Shown here: positions 29,501 to 39,422 of the stretch, piece after piece
How positions within the stretch are numbered: position 1 is the stretch's first letter
How the letters are laid out: each line of letters opens with the position of its first letter
Virus record (IMG/VR): IMGVR_UViG_3300013382_000008
Span: 1 to 64,000 of that record
From: a virus
Taxonomy: Duplodnaviria > Caudoviricetes
DNA: 64,000 bases
Direction: 5' to 3' (one strand)
The notes under the pieces: model-generated
Told to the model about the DNA's origin: nothing
Databases searched by the model: none
The model's input: the letters and a program-made list of their open reading frames with translations, nothing else
Position numbers and translations under genes: made by a program

Positions 29501-30635
29501 TTCTCTCTGAGGTATTGTAGAATAATCCATTTGCACTTATATTATTAATATCAAGGGCATTATCCATACTACCATCAAGAATTTGTTGAGCTAAGGAACC
29601 AAAATTCTTATCAGCTTCCTTTATAGCTCTTTGGATAGGGCTTGCACTAATATTCTTAAAAAAATTCTTAATAGCCTGTATTACTCTTTGTAATAGATTC
29701 TTATAAGGAGCAGTTGGAACCCCCTCTCCTTGAAGAAGATGTTTTGCAAGTAGTTTACCAGCAGCCTCCTTTGCTAATTTAGCACTATCTCCATTATATA
29801 GAGTATCATAAGTACTATAATCATCTCCTAAGATATTCTCTGTTAGTCCTGTAGATGCTATATTATTAACTAGTCTTGTTATAAGAGGATTATCTCTCAT
29901 AGCTTCAATAGCAAAGTGAGCAAATTCCTCTGGAAGAGCTTTCTCGCCTTGTATACCATTAGCAAGCCTAATCATTTCAACAAGACCATTTGCTGCATTT
30001 CTTGCAACATCAAAATCAGTTACACCATGAATACCCATTCTTTTTTCAAGGTTAGTCAAAGCTCCTACACTTACTCCATGAGATTCAAGTATACTTCTTA
30101 ATCTATTATTAAGATTCTCATTGTATTCCATTTTATCTGCATTAATGGAGTTAAGCCTGTTTCTTCTCTCAACCTTTACACCAATGAATATTCTAGGAGA
30201 CTCACTATCCTGAATTTTAATTACACTAGCTACATAATCATCTCTAAAATCTGAGTTTTGATTAAAAGCTATTGCTTTTTGTTTTAACTTCTGATAATTC
30301 TCATCATTGTTCACCCATAAAGCAGGTCTATCAGAACCTCTCTTATAATATCCAATTTCCTTATTAAGTCTCTCAAGTACTTTAGTCTCTGGAATGACCT
30401 TACTAAAATTAGTTTGCTTTAATAAACTTCTAAGAGTAGGTTCATTATTTTCATCAAGTATTAATCTTGGTTGCCATTCTCTTATAAATTGATTACTTTT
30501 TGTAATTAGATAAAGTTTTACAGCTTCACTTCTATTATTTGAAGTGAAGGACAGCAAGTCCTTGAATAACTTGCTGTCCACTTTTTCACCTTTTTTATTC
30601 TTTACTTTTGGAATAATTGCACAACTTCTTGCCAT
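26580..30635 (-). CDS. Large virion/ejection protein associated with the virion RNAP (degenerate zincin motif)
   Basis: Likely start MARSC at 30635 (1351 aa), 2 nt after the RNAP stop. EEFAH...KEAAG zincin-like segment; helical C-terminal region. Confidence 0.7.
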   Translation of the reverse strand: MARSCAIIPKVKNKKGEKVDSKLFKDLLSFTSNNRSEAVKLYLITKSNQFIREWQPRLILDENNEPTLRSLLKQTNFSKVIPETKVLERLNKEIGYYKRGSDRPALWVNNDENYQKLKQKAIAFNQNSDFRDDYVASVIKIQDSESPRIFIGVKVERRNRLNSINADKMEYNENLNNRLRSILESHGVSVGALTNLEKRMGIHGVTDFDVARNAANGLVEMIRLANGIQGEKALPEEFAHFAIEAMRDNPLITRLVNNIASTGLTENILGDDYSTYDTLYNGDSAKLAKEAAGKLLAKHLLQGEGVPTAPYKNLLQRVIQAIKNFFKNISASPIQRAIKEADKNFGSLAQQILDGSMDNALDINNISANGLFYNTSERITRDKKLLQEIIDNELKRLKIYEKRNPEGQFSMNQRLFLDKLDVDLADNNEIEGIYAFTENALNELTKVDKRLTALQNTPAADMNERARVLRDVRNYLYSYKHITEDIREALVDEEKYDDNRYGQRVRVVLDNTTTLLKDLFIEYNKVSMPLFVDFIKPFIGNSITVPFGKFKGKTMTAENLVKVADNDISFFDMWLDSMADSSDYMLKVMDQAVKKSKENARLDTINVMKELQAATIKLEQAGIKNTDWMFEKDNKGNLTGNYISEINQGLFKDKIREMFKSLNEKYGKNPVGDNADKYRKEKQAWFDDNMEVINGKKQPKMSIYGNKAYQNLNTAQKEYYNKIMDIKSRLDSYLPDKYTTLTNAVKIRKDLLERVKSSDSVKSGTMQLWEAVKDQFIRRTDDTDFGDRATMKDFEGNEVQVLPIYYTKMKKGENPNDLSTDIVSTLTAYAAMANDFNEMNKVIDVLELGRDMLREREIIQTRGGKPLVEKFKSVGRKVESTLTKSGDATRFMQRLNTFFEMQVYGKYMADEGTFGNTKIDRGKAANFVNRITSLNMLGLNLLSGISNVATGKVMMRIESFAGEFYNESNTLHADRNYGKALPAYLAEIGNRVKTNKLALWDELFNVLQEYETDVREVNFDRKTWFSRMFGTSALFLMNNAGEHWMQNRTSLALADAYKMKAPDGKIVSLWDAMEVVPIDKNNKKLGAKLQLKKGYTKEDDSAFTRDDIIAFSRKSAAINQRMHGIYNKIDRSAIQRLAIGRMGIMFRKWIKPSINRRFKSASYNMDLQAWTEGYYLTTGRFMMQLAKELKEGQFAIAANWNNLTKTEKANIKRAATEVGHFLIVAAFLGLMDWDDNKNRPWLQKMVEYQARRLYTEIGTQVPGPQMVGEALKILKSPAAGINTLESVLDMVGVMNPMNYETFAGEDAIIQSGRFKGDSKATKLWFESPLIPMNKTIYRSLHPEESIPFFKQ

Positions 30636-30637
30636 AT

Positions 30638-33600
30638 TTATAAAGTATATATTGTTGGAGCACCACAAATTTCTTCCCCATTTTCATCCTTATATTCTGT
30701 ATTAGGCTGAATAGAGGTTACATCATCAGATTTTGGAATTGAAGTATCCAAAGGAGTATTATAAGTCTTTTGAAAAGCCTCAGAATCTGCTTGGAGAATA
30801 GAATTCCAAAATTCTTCAGGCATATCATCAGGCATAGAACTCTCATCTACTTCAACATTTCCATTATCAAAGTTTGCCAATGTTTCTGCATAAGGGTCAT
30901 AGTCTTTCTTATTCTTGTCAATTACAGTTTCCATTTCTTCCACATCCCTGCCATACTCATATTCAATGAAGCTATTTCTGAAACCTAATGGTTCAATTCT
31001 TTCATAAATTGCAACATTGGGATTTTCAGTATTTAAAGTTGATAATTTGTAATAAGCATACTTTCCTTTGATTCTTTTACCTATATACTTAAAAAAGTCA
31101 TAAACAGGACCATCAGGAGTATCTATTCTCTTTTTGATAACTTTCTTATCTCCAAGAGTAGCATTATCATCAATCAAAAATGTAACTTCATCCTTAATAT
31201 CACCTTTATCATTTGTAAACTTGACAGATGAAGTATCAGGTATTTCAGGAACCAGCCTTCTATTATCCAAGTGATTATATACATATTGGTCTACAAATTG
31301 ACTATAGTCATCATTTGTTTTTAGTATAGACCTCAATGTACTTATATACTCTGGTACAGCCCTTCTTATTGCTGTAGGAGCCAAATGAATAAAAGTATTA
31401 GGACCAAAAGCAAATCCATTTCTATAGAAACTATATCTAAATAAGTTAAGAGCAAGTTTCTGGGCTTCTGGGTTACTCATGTACAATAGAGATGCCCAAT
31501 CTCTCATATATCTTTCTCTTAAAGTAGAACTCAATCTGCCTACATTCTTGAAGACTATAGTATCTACAGGGTTAGTGTTATTTGCCCTAATCACCTTTAG
31601 TCTCTTGATATACTCAATACTTGCAATATCCTCAATGTCTGTAACTACCTTCTTGAAATACTTAGGAAAATTATTGATAAATTCTTTCCTTCTATTATAT
31701 GAAGATATAGTAGTATTATCTACTTTAGAATCAGGATTGATAAGCAACTCAGACCCAAAGAAACCAGTCTTGGACATAATATATGCAAGTAAGTCATTGT
31801 AAATATTATTCATAGTTTTTGCATCCAACTTACCTGTTTTTGTCATGCCTCTGAGGGTATCAATTACTTCTCTAAATGATTCAGTATATTGAGGAAAATA
31901 AGACTTTAGCATTTCTTCTGTTTTCTGTAATCCAAGAGTATAGAAAGCCTGTAAGAAAGGAAGAGGAGCTGACAATAATCTTTCTCTTAAAGTGTCAATG
32001 CTAGGATTGTCGGATAACAAATCATCAAGTATTACATTGGCATTCTTCAAGGGAAACTTGGCATTATTCTCTATCTGGTCTAACAGGTCTTTTACTTTCT
32101 GTATCTTCAACTCTGTATCTGCAATAGTAGGGCCAGCCCCCCCACCTTGAGTATCAGCTCTTGTAGCTTGAACTAACTGACCTAAAGCATCAGCAGAGTT
32201 CATTATTCTCTTGAATAAATATCCTACTGCCACTTGTTTCTGATAAAATTCAATCTTTCTGAAATCAGAAGTCTGTGAAATATCAGTAACAGCTTCTTTA
32301 GCAAGTATTATATTATCCGCAAGGTCATCAGCAAGAAAACTATTGCTCTTATAATTATCATAAGTAACCATATTGGTAAGAGCGGCTTTCTCCTTATACT
32401 TATCTAGTACTTCATCAATAATACTATCCTTACTTTTACCTTCTCTACTCTCTCTAAAATAGGTCTGAGTAATCTCTTGAACTATAGGTTGCATCATTAA
32501 CAGACCTATCTCAATAGGATTATAACCTAATCTTGAAAGAAGCATGGAAGCATCAGCAGTTAAAGTATTTTGATTAAGTGCTGCAAGTACATGGTCTTTG
32601 GCATTATCCACAGAAGCAGCCAAGAATCCAGCATTATTCTTTGAGATAAATTCCTTAGCACCATTCATAATATCATGTAGAGATGTAAGTCTCTTCCCAT
32701 TCAATACAAATGAGCCATTTTCTTCATCCAAAGCTAACTGAGTATGTTGCATCAAGGCATGGTTTGCATTATGGTTAGCATAAATACCAGTCAACTTAGT
32801 ACCAGTCATGTTCTGTTGATGCAGCATTACCTGAGTTCTTGGTGATAATGGGTCCATCTTGACCTTTGTCTTTTCTGCTATTTTATCCAAAGTATCAAGA
32901 CTTAAATCAAATAGATAAGATGCTATGGACTTAGGATAAACCCTATTATTCTTCTGTACAGTCTTATTGAGTTCTACCCCTTCCTTCTTTAAAGCTTCAG
33001 CTAATTCACTCTCAGTAGAGTCATTAAGAATTGTCATTATTCTTGCTGCTCTTTTCTGATAATCAAAACCACCTGGGTTAAGAATCTTTGAAGCTGTATC
33101 TGCATTAGTCAGGACTCCATACATCATATCTATCAGCAAGTTATTTCTTGCCTCAAGACTGTTCTCCTGTGGAGACTTATTGAAGTCATACTTTACCTTA
33201 CTTATAATAGGCTTGGCAAGTCTATACTTCTCCTTATTCTCCTTGAACCATTCCTTAAAGTCATCAGTATCTGCATTGAGAATATCTTCTGCCAACTGGC
33301 TATGAGTGAACTGTGACAATACTTGATTGAATAGGCTATTCATTCTTGCATAGTCTTCTCTTGCCTGTCTCATATCATACTTTTTAACTCTGAACTCAGG
33401 TAACATGATATACAGCTTATCCACATCAAAGTCAGAACCTGACAGAGTAGTAATCTCAGCAGGAAGCATGATTGCAGAACCATTCTGTTGAGGAAGGAAT
33501 CCCTTAATATACAAAGGAGCCATTGAGTACTTATCCTCTGTTGGAACTCTATATCCAATCAACTTTCTCAAATCATCAGGAAGTTTAGTTACATCAAGCT

Positions 33601-36600
33601 GGTGAGTATTTGGGTCCATTAGAGGCTCATAGAACTCTCTACTATATGCAGGCATATAACATTCAAGATACTTAATCCTCTTGTTAGCACCTTCACCTTC
33701 AAACACTACATGAAGTTCATCAGTCAAGCCATAGTCAGATACCTGAATTAAAGCACCACCTCTAATCTTCTGTTTAGTAATTCTACTCTTGATTACACTA
33801 TTAAGGAGTGTCTGTACTCTTTGAGATTGCACAGGGTCAAAGAGAGGGATATTGAAGTTGTTGTTCTCATCAAGAGTACAAGCCCTCATCATATCCATAC
33901 CATATCTTTGATTGCCTCTTATTTCTTCAAGTAAGATTTCCTCTACTTTCTTTGGGTCTTTGAATATCTCATTTACATCAGCAAATGCTTGAAGAATGTT
34001 CTCAGTATTGATGGCATTATACAGGTCAAGCCACTCTTTCTTAGTCATCTTCTTACCATTAACCTCAATGATTGTGTCATCAGAGATGTCAGCAGTAATT
34101 AGTTTTCTAATCTGAGTACCTACCAACTGAACTGCATCAATAGCATGTTCAGGAGTTGCAGTCTGAATACCATAATCTTCATAAGATACCTTATGTACTA
34201 CATTAGGATTCTCATTACCAAATCCAATACCTGTAGTATCTTTAAGCCTTTGGATTACATCAGCCTCTGTATTTACATCATTCAAATCTATTACACCTTG
34301 TTTTCCAACCTTAGTGGTAGATTCAAACTGAACTACATCAATCTGATTATCCTCCATAAACTTATTTATGGCTTTCAGCTTGCCTGACCTTCCTAAAGGG
34401 CCAGCAATTAGTTCGTGCATAGCAAGCAATAGGAACTCTGAGTTCTTATGTTGTACAGGAGTCTTAATTCCAGTATGACCTTCAATGCCACTGTTATTAT
34501 TGACTTGTGTATAGACATAAGGCTTCTTAGTCTGCCAAATGATATTGAAGTCTTTGATATTCCAATCTCCATTCTTGAAGTTGTTATATGCTTGCTCCAT
34601 ATCATCTGTCCACTGACCTGACATACCAAGTATTGCCCTATAGGAACTCAAACTTCTATATGCCTGAGCATCTGCTACATTCACATTTCTAAACTTGTTG
34701 ATGATATAATCTCTGTCTATCTTGGACATTTCATTTCTTCTAACCCTTTCATCAAGTACAGTCTTGATGTCTTCAAGTATAGAAGATACTATTTCATCAT
34801 CCTTCAAGTAGAGGGTTCTTTCCCAATCTCTACCAATTCTCTCACCTTTATAAGTAGCCTTAGTATTCAGTCTAAGGGCAGGAGCATGAACCTCCTTATA
34901 TCTCTTCTGAAAGTCCTCAAGGTTCTTATAGAAGGCAAGGTCGGTAGTAGTAAGCTGGATAATTTGTGAAGTAGCCAGTTTACTATTCCAATAGTATTCC
35001 CTTAGAGCATCCTTAGCATTATTCTTAACAAACAGACTTCTTGAGATTGATTGAGCATCTTTCAACTTTATTTCACCTCTAGCAGCCTTATCTGTAAGTA
35101 ATGCCTTAATTTGCTCCATCAAATTGTTAGCTTCTCTATTATCAAAAATACTATTGTTATTATAAGACCTAAGTAGCAACTCCATATTGGTATTCCATAG
35201 TGGGCCTAATGCTTCCTTAGCCTTTATAAGAGCTTTTGCAGTTATTGCATTTTGCTTGGATTGTCCAGTAAAAGGAAGATATTTATACTTCCCATTAACC
35301 TCATCAAAGAGTCCTACTCTTTCCCAATCTTTACAATCTTGCTCAAACCCATCCTCCATAATATCATAGAGTGTAGTTCTAAGAAATTCTCTAAGCTCGG
35401 CACCAGTACCCTTGGATTTAAGCCTACTTAATCTATCAAGGAAAGTTTCTCCATTATCATACTTAATGTCATTAAGGGCAGGAAGGAATTTAAATTCTGC
35501 TCCTCCAATATTCTTTATATTACCTTCCTTATCTCTGATAATATCATAATTGGCAATAGGTTCCATAGTAGTAATACCATTCTGATAAGCATCATCCCTT
35601 TCCCTAACTAACATGATTCTATCATATTCTTGGTTAACCAAATCTACTAGCTTGTCAAGAATAACATCATCATAAGTTCTTTTCTTACCATTTTCATCAA
35701 GTATATCACCTGTAGTGTATTTTCTGAATCTGATAAACTCAGCAGAAGGAGCATCTGATAGAATAGGAACATGATACCAAGCATACTTTATACTTGACTT
35801 TGCAGAATTAGGGTCTCCCCAATACTCTGTAAGAAGAGCCAAAGTATAATCCAAGTCATCCCAATCCTTATATTCTACCTTATCAGAGTTTAGTACTACC
35901 TTATGATTAAGACCTTTTCTCAATTCATCAGATTCTGCAAGTTGTCTTAACCAATCATTTCTCCAATGACCATCCTTAAAGAACCACTCATAATCCTTAA
36001 ATTCAGTCTGCATAAACTTCTCAAATCTCTCCTTATCATTCATGACATTCTTGAGATTTTTGATAAGCTTACCCAAATAGTTAGGAGTAACATGGGAATA
36101 ATAAGTTTTATCATTCTCTCTAGTACTACTTTCAATAGCATCTTCAGTAACTTCTGCAAGCATTGAAGCTATTGAGTTATAAGCAGAACCAAAAGTATTA
36201 ATAAGGTCCCCCTTTCTCTCAGTACCATCTTCTAGTTTCTCATTCTTTATTTTACCTTTCTTGATGCCATTAAATATGACATTCAATTGAGGTAATAATA
36301 ACATGATGGGGTCAGTAAATGTAATACCTGGGGCTTTTTGTATGTTAGTTAATGATGTTCTTAAAACAGAAGGATTGGCATCAATACCTATCATATGAAG
36401 TAACTTCATTAAAGTCTTCCATACATTTTCTTTCTCCAAGAGTTTGAGTCTAGCATCTGTATCAAGATTTTGGAACATATTATTCAAGGTCTCAGTCCAT
36501 TCTAAACCTTTGGATGCATTACCCTCATTTATATCCCCATTCTTATCATATACACTATCTTCATCAAGTAGATTACCACTTTCATAATTATCTCTCCAAG

Positions 36601-37867
36601 CATCAAGAAGATAATATATACCTTCAGGTTTATTGATAGCCACAGTTTCCATCTTAAAAGTACCATCAGGCATCAACTTCTTCTTTTGAATCCAGTAAGG
36701 TATAAAGTCTTTTCTGAAATCTTGATAGAACTGAGAATACAAAGTTTCATCATTTTGAAGTAACTTGATTATTTGCTTAACCCAAGGTTTTGTTTTTTGT
36801 AAATCTTGAAGCAGAGGAATCATGTCATCTGAGTTAATCATGTTCCTTAGCTTGTCTATAAGAGTAGCATGAACATAATCAGCATCAAGGTATCTAGTAA
36901 ATCCCAAGTCATCCTTGTCATATGTACCTCTATAATCAAGCATAGGTACTTGTCTTATTACCTTTCTTACTGCTTGAGACAAAGACTCATGGGAACTTAC
37001 TTGTCTAAAATTAGTCATCCAACCATCCTTATAAGACTCTTCTTGCTTCCACTCATCTGAATCATTGTCTATCTCACTGTTACCTTCAGGGTCATCATCA
37101 TTAAGATTAGCATCAGCAGGGGCAGTATAATTAGGGTCTATTCTAATACCCTCAGTCATTACAAGTATAGTACTTGCTTCCTCTGCAAGAGCTTTAAATA
37201 CCTCAGGGTCATCAATTATCTTCATATACTCCTGATACTTATAAGCAGCTTTCTTCTTGGCAGCTTCAAGTTTCTTTTCGTCAGAATACTTATCAGCCCC
37301 TTTCATGGAATTGATAATATTAAGTTCTTGTTGTACTCTGTTTTCCTCTGTGTCCTGTACATAAGATTTAAATATGTTAGCTACTCTATTAAATAGGCCA
37401 GCAGGAGTATATTTACTTATGACAGATAATCTACCCAAGTTATTAAGTTCTGCTTGCAAAGCTTCTTTATCTATACCTTGACTATCCTTAATTTTTCTAT
37501 TTAAGGAATCTGTCATTTCCTGTAAAGCATCATCTACCTCATTACTAAAGAATCTTGCAATAAGAGCAACTCTATCCCTTCTTGTCTTAGGGTCAAAAAT
37601 TAAATCTACTTTTTGCTGAGTTTCAAGAGAAGTAACTTTAAGAGTATCAAAAGATTTACTAATTTCCTCATTAGAATTTTCAGTATTCTTAGTACCTCTT
37701 ATTTCTTTAATAAAATCATTGAGTTCTCCACCTAATGGAATATCCTCAATGGACTTATTATTCTTTTCTTGCCACAGTCCAACCAAATTAAGTATTGATT
37801 GCTCTGTCTCATTTGGAAACTTCTCAGCTAGTTTCTTTATTTCTGGTGTTAATATTAAACAACTCAT
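30638..37867 (-). CDS. Virion-packaged DNA-dependent RNA polymerase (crAss-type, double-psi barrel)
   Basis: Catalytic GSDFDVDKL (DxDxD), IGYRVPTEDKYS and VADAQAY motifs. Likely ATG at 37867 (MSCLIL, 2409 aa), downstream of a promoter. Confidence 0.9.
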   Translation of the reverse strand: MSCLILTPEIKKLAEKFPNETEQSILNLVGLWQEKNNKSIEDIPLGGELNDFIKEIRGTKNTENSNEEISKSFDTLKVTSLETQQKVDLIFDPKTRRDRVALIARFFSNEVDDALQEMTDSLNRKIKDSQGIDKEALQAELNNLGRLSVISKYTPAGLFNRVANIFKSYVQDTEENRVQQELNIINSMKGADKYSDEKKLEAAKKKAAYKYQEYMKIIDDPEVFKALAEEASTILVMTEGIRIDPNYTAPADANLNDDDPEGNSEIDNDSDEWKQEESYKDGWMTNFRQVSSHESLSQAVRKVIRQVPMLDYRGTYDKDDLGFTRYLDADYVHATLIDKLRNMINSDDMIPLLQDLQKTKPWVKQIIKLLQNDETLYSQFYQDFRKDFIPYWIQKKKLMPDGTFKMETVAINKPEGIYYLLDAWRDNYESGNLLDEDSVYDKNGDINEGNASKGLEWTETLNNMFQNLDTDARLKLLEKENVWKTLMKLLHMIGIDANPSVLRTSLTNIQKAPGITFTDPIMLLLPQLNVIFNGIKKGKIKNEKLEDGTERKGDLINTFGSAYNSIASMLAEVTEDAIESSTRENDKTYYSHVTPNYLGKLIKNLKNVMNDKERFEKFMQTEFKDYEWFFKDGHWRNDWLRQLAESDELRKGLNHKVVLNSDKVEYKDWDDLDYTLALLTEYWGDPNSAKSSIKYAWYHVPILSDAPSAEFIRFRKYTTGDILDENGKKRTYDDVILDKLVDLVNQEYDRIMLVRERDDAYQNGITTMEPIANYDIIRDKEGNIKNIGGAEFKFLPALNDIKYDNGETFLDRLSRLKSKGTGAELREFLRTTLYDIMEDGFEQDCKDWERVGLFDEVNGKYKYLPFTGQSKQNAITAKALIKAKEALGPLWNTNMELLLRSYNNNSIFDNREANNLMEQIKALLTDKAARGEIKLKDAQSISRSLFVKNNAKDALREYYWNSKLATSQIIQLTTTDLAFYKNLEDFQKRYKEVHAPALRLNTKATYKGERIGRDWERTLYLKDDEIVSSILEDIKTVLDERVRRNEMSKIDRDYIINKFRNVNVADAQAYRSLSSYRAILGMSGQWTDDMEQAYNNFKNGDWNIKDFNIIWQTKKPYVYTQVNNNSGIEGHTGIKTPVQHKNSEFLLLAMHELIAGPLGRSGKLKAINKFMEDNQIDVVQFESTTKVGKQGVIDLNDVNTEADVIQRLKDTTGIGFGNENPNVVHKVSYEDYGIQTATPEHAIDAVQLVGTQIRKLITADISDDTIIEVNGKKMTKKEWLDLYNAINTENILQAFADVNEIFKDPKKVEEILLEEIRGNQRYGMDMMRACTLDENNNFNIPLFDPVQSQRVQTLLNSVIKSRITKQKIRGGALIQVSDYGLTDELHVVFEGEGANKRIKYLECYMPAYSREFYEPLMDPNTHQLDVTKLPDDLRKLIGYRVPTEDKYSMAPLYIKGFLPQQNGSAIMLPAEITTLSGSDFDVDKLYIMLPEFRVKKYDMRQAREDYARMNSLFNQVLSQFTHSQLAEDILNADTDDFKEWFKENKEKYRLAKPIISKVKYDFNKSPQENSLEARNNLLIDMMYGVLTNADTASKILNPGGFDYQKRAARIMTILNDSTESELAEALKKEGVELNKTVQKNNRVYPKSIASYLFDLSLDTLDKIAEKTKVKMDPLSPRTQVMLHQQNMTGTKLTGIYANHNANHALMQHTQLALDEENGSFVLNGKRLTSLHDIMNGAKEFISKNNAGFLAASVDNAKDHVLAALNQNTLTADASMLLSRLGYNPIEIGLLMMQPIVQEITQTYFRESREGKSKDSIIDEVLDKYKEKAALTNMVTYDNYKSNSFLADDLADNIILAKEAVTDISQTSDFRKIEFYQKQVAVGYLFKRIMNSADALGQLVQATRADTQGGGAGPTIADTELKIQKVKDLLDQIENNAKFPLKNANVILDDLLSDNPSIDTLRERLLSAPLPFLQAFYTLGLQKTEEMLKSYFPQYTESFREVIDTLRGMTKTGKLDAKTMNNIYNDLLAYIMSKTGFFGSELLINPDSKVDNTTISSYNRRKEFINNFPKYFKKVVTDIEDIASIEYIKRLKVIRANNTNPVDTIVFKNVGRLSSTLRERYMRDWASLLYMSNPEAQKLALNLFRYSFYRNGFAFGPNTFIHLAPTAIRRAVPEYISTLRSILKTNDDYSQFVDQYVYNHLDNRRLVPEIPDTSSVKFTNDKGDIKDEVTFLIDDNATLGDKKVIKKRIDTPDGPVYDFFKYIGKRIKGKYAYYKLSTLNTENPNVAIYERIEPLGFRNSFIEYEYGRDVEEMETVIDKNKKDYDPYAETLANFDNGNVEVDESSMPDDMPEEFWNSILQADSEAFQKTYNTPLDTSIPKSDDVTSIQPNTEYKDENGEEICGAPTIYTL

Positions 37868-37888
37868 ATAATTAAAAATTATTACTTG

Positions 37889-37922
37889 TGCAAAGATAAG
37901 AAATTTAATTGTGCTATACAAG
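37889..37922 (-). promoter_or_regulatory. Bacteroidota sigma-A type promoter for the RNAP operon
   Basis: On the - strand: CTTGTATA-N16-TATCTTTGCA. Confidence 0.8.
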
Positions 37923-37931
37923 CACTTACTT

Positions 37932-37973
37932 AAAAAATTAAAGAGAGAACAAGTATTTAACTTATTCTCCCTT
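37932..37973 (-). terminator. Intrinsic terminator after thyX
   Basis: - strand AAGGGAGAATAAGT ... ACTTGTTCTCTCTT then TAATTTTTT. Confidence 0.75.
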
Positions 37974-37984
37974 ATAAGATTTAT

Positions 37985-38848
37985 CTATGATGTAGTTAAT
38001 AAGCCTCTTTTAATAAATTCTTCCCTTAAAGGTGATGTCAATGCTCTGGCATCAGGATGAGGAGCACCTGTAGTGCCTAAAGTTCTTAATTTAAAGAAGT
38101 TTTCCCAATCACTTACAAACCCAGTATATACTACTTCAGTTGCAGTAGACAGGGGTAATACCTCTCTTGCTTGCTGAGGTTGCATACCCAGTTTTTTAGT
38201 AAGTTTCATATATTGTTGTTCAGCTACTTGCAAAGCCTTATAATAAGCATGTTCTGGAGTACCCAAATGATATAACTCTCCTTCATAAGCCCAAGTAGGA
38301 AGTACATAGGAAATCTCTCCTCCAAACTTATCTCTTGAATAGTTACAATATCTTGTGCTTTGTTCTGCTATACTAAAGGTTCTATGCCTGTTAAATTCTC
38401 TGGATATTCCTATAGAAGTTGTGAACTTTACACATGCTCTCTTCTCATGTAACTCTGTAGGTTCACACATATATTGTAAATCATCAAGCCAGCCATTTTC
38501 TATTAACACCCTAAAGTTAGTAGTTACAAGTACCTTATTAGTATTCACAGAAGTTTTTTCATCTGGTTCTTCTATTATTTTAACTTTAGAATATTTATTA
38601 TGGTAATATTTATTTAAAGGATGGAAAATTCTTGCTGCTGAATTATGTTGAAGATAAATAGTACCATGTTCACATACCGATAGATGTTTACCTTTAACCA
38701 ATCTTTCGACAAAAGGCTTTGCAGAATCCTCTGTTATCTTATCCTCTGATTTATAACATACCCTGCCTACCTTCTCAATCTGTTTATAAACTCCTTCAAG
38801 ACCAGCAGGTTGTTCCCATATTTCAAAACTTGGTTTAATAAATCTCAT
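37985..38848 (-). CDS. thyX: FAD-dependent thymidylate synthase
   Basis: RHRTFSIAEQSTRY ThyX signature, HLSVCEH, AREVLP. Confidence 0.92.
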   Translation of the reverse strand: MRFIKPSFEIWEQPAGLEGVYKQIEKVGRVCYKSEDKITEDSAKPFVERLVKGKHLSVCEHGTIYLQHNSAARIFHPLNKYYHNKYSKVKIIEEPDEKTSVNTNKVLVTTNFRVLIENGWLDDLQYMCEPTELHEKRACVKFTTSIGISREFNRHRTFSIAEQSTRYCNYSRDKFGGEISYVLPTWAYEGELYHLGTPEHAYYKALQVAEQQYMKLTKKLGMQPQQAREVLPLSTATEVVYTGFVSDWENFFKLRTLGTTGAPHPDARALTSPLREEFIKRGLLTTS

Positions 38849-38858
38849 ATCTACATCC

Positions 38859-39017
38859 TTATTTTAAATTTATACTTACATTTTCACAAAACATACAACT
38901 GCACTCATCAGGATTATGTCCAAGTTCCCTTAATAAAGTATCAGTATCTTCATCTTTAGGATTAGTATATACAGTTACACTACTATCTGAATAATCCATT
39001 ACAACCAGTCTTTCCAT
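38859..39017 (-). CDS. Small hypothetical protein
   Basis: Likely start MERLVVM at 39017 (52 aa), after an AT-rich spacer. Confidence 0.5.
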   Translation of the reverse strand: MERLVVMDYSDSSVTVYTNPKDEDTDTLLRELGHNPDECSCMFCENVSINLK

Positions 39018-39045
39018 ATTGTTTAAATTATTAAATTTATTAAAT

Positions 39046-39420
39046 TTATTCTTGCACAACTTCAAAATCATCAACATTCCAGTCCTTCAAATCAAAGATA
39101 GCATTGACCTCCCTCTTTGTCTTAGGGGCTATATAATCCCAAGCCTTTTGAGGTAATACAATCTGCTCTTCAACTGCACCTTTAAGGTCACAGTTTGAGT
39201 AATCTACATCCTCAAAATATTCACCATCCTCATCCATTCCAGAGTCAGTAATCTCATAGTTAGATACCCTAACCTTTACAGTTTTACTAAGGGTGACACT
39301 TACTGTAACCTCAATCTCTTTTTCAGGATTATCTTCTTGATTCCAAGGAGCATTATTCCATTCTGATTGAGACATAGTAGGGTAGTTACTATCACCATTT
39401 AATGATTCATTATAACTCAT
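39046..39420 (-). CDS. Acidic hypothetical protein
   Basis: 124-aa ORF packed in the operon. Confidence 0.6.
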   Translation of the reverse strand: MSYNESLNGDSNYPTMSQSEWNNAPWNQEDNPEKEIEVTVSVTLSKTVKVRVSNYEITDSGMDEDGEYFEDVDYSNCDLKGAVEEQIVLPQKAWDYIAPKTKREVNAIFDLKDWNVDDFEVVQE

Positions 39421-39422
39421 AT

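Noticed and set aside
33050-35050. Slightly higher GC in the RNAP catalytic core, suggesting a recombined segment
   Set aside because: A few hand-counted lines were not decisive and amino-acid composition could explain it. Needs a GC3 sliding-window analysis.
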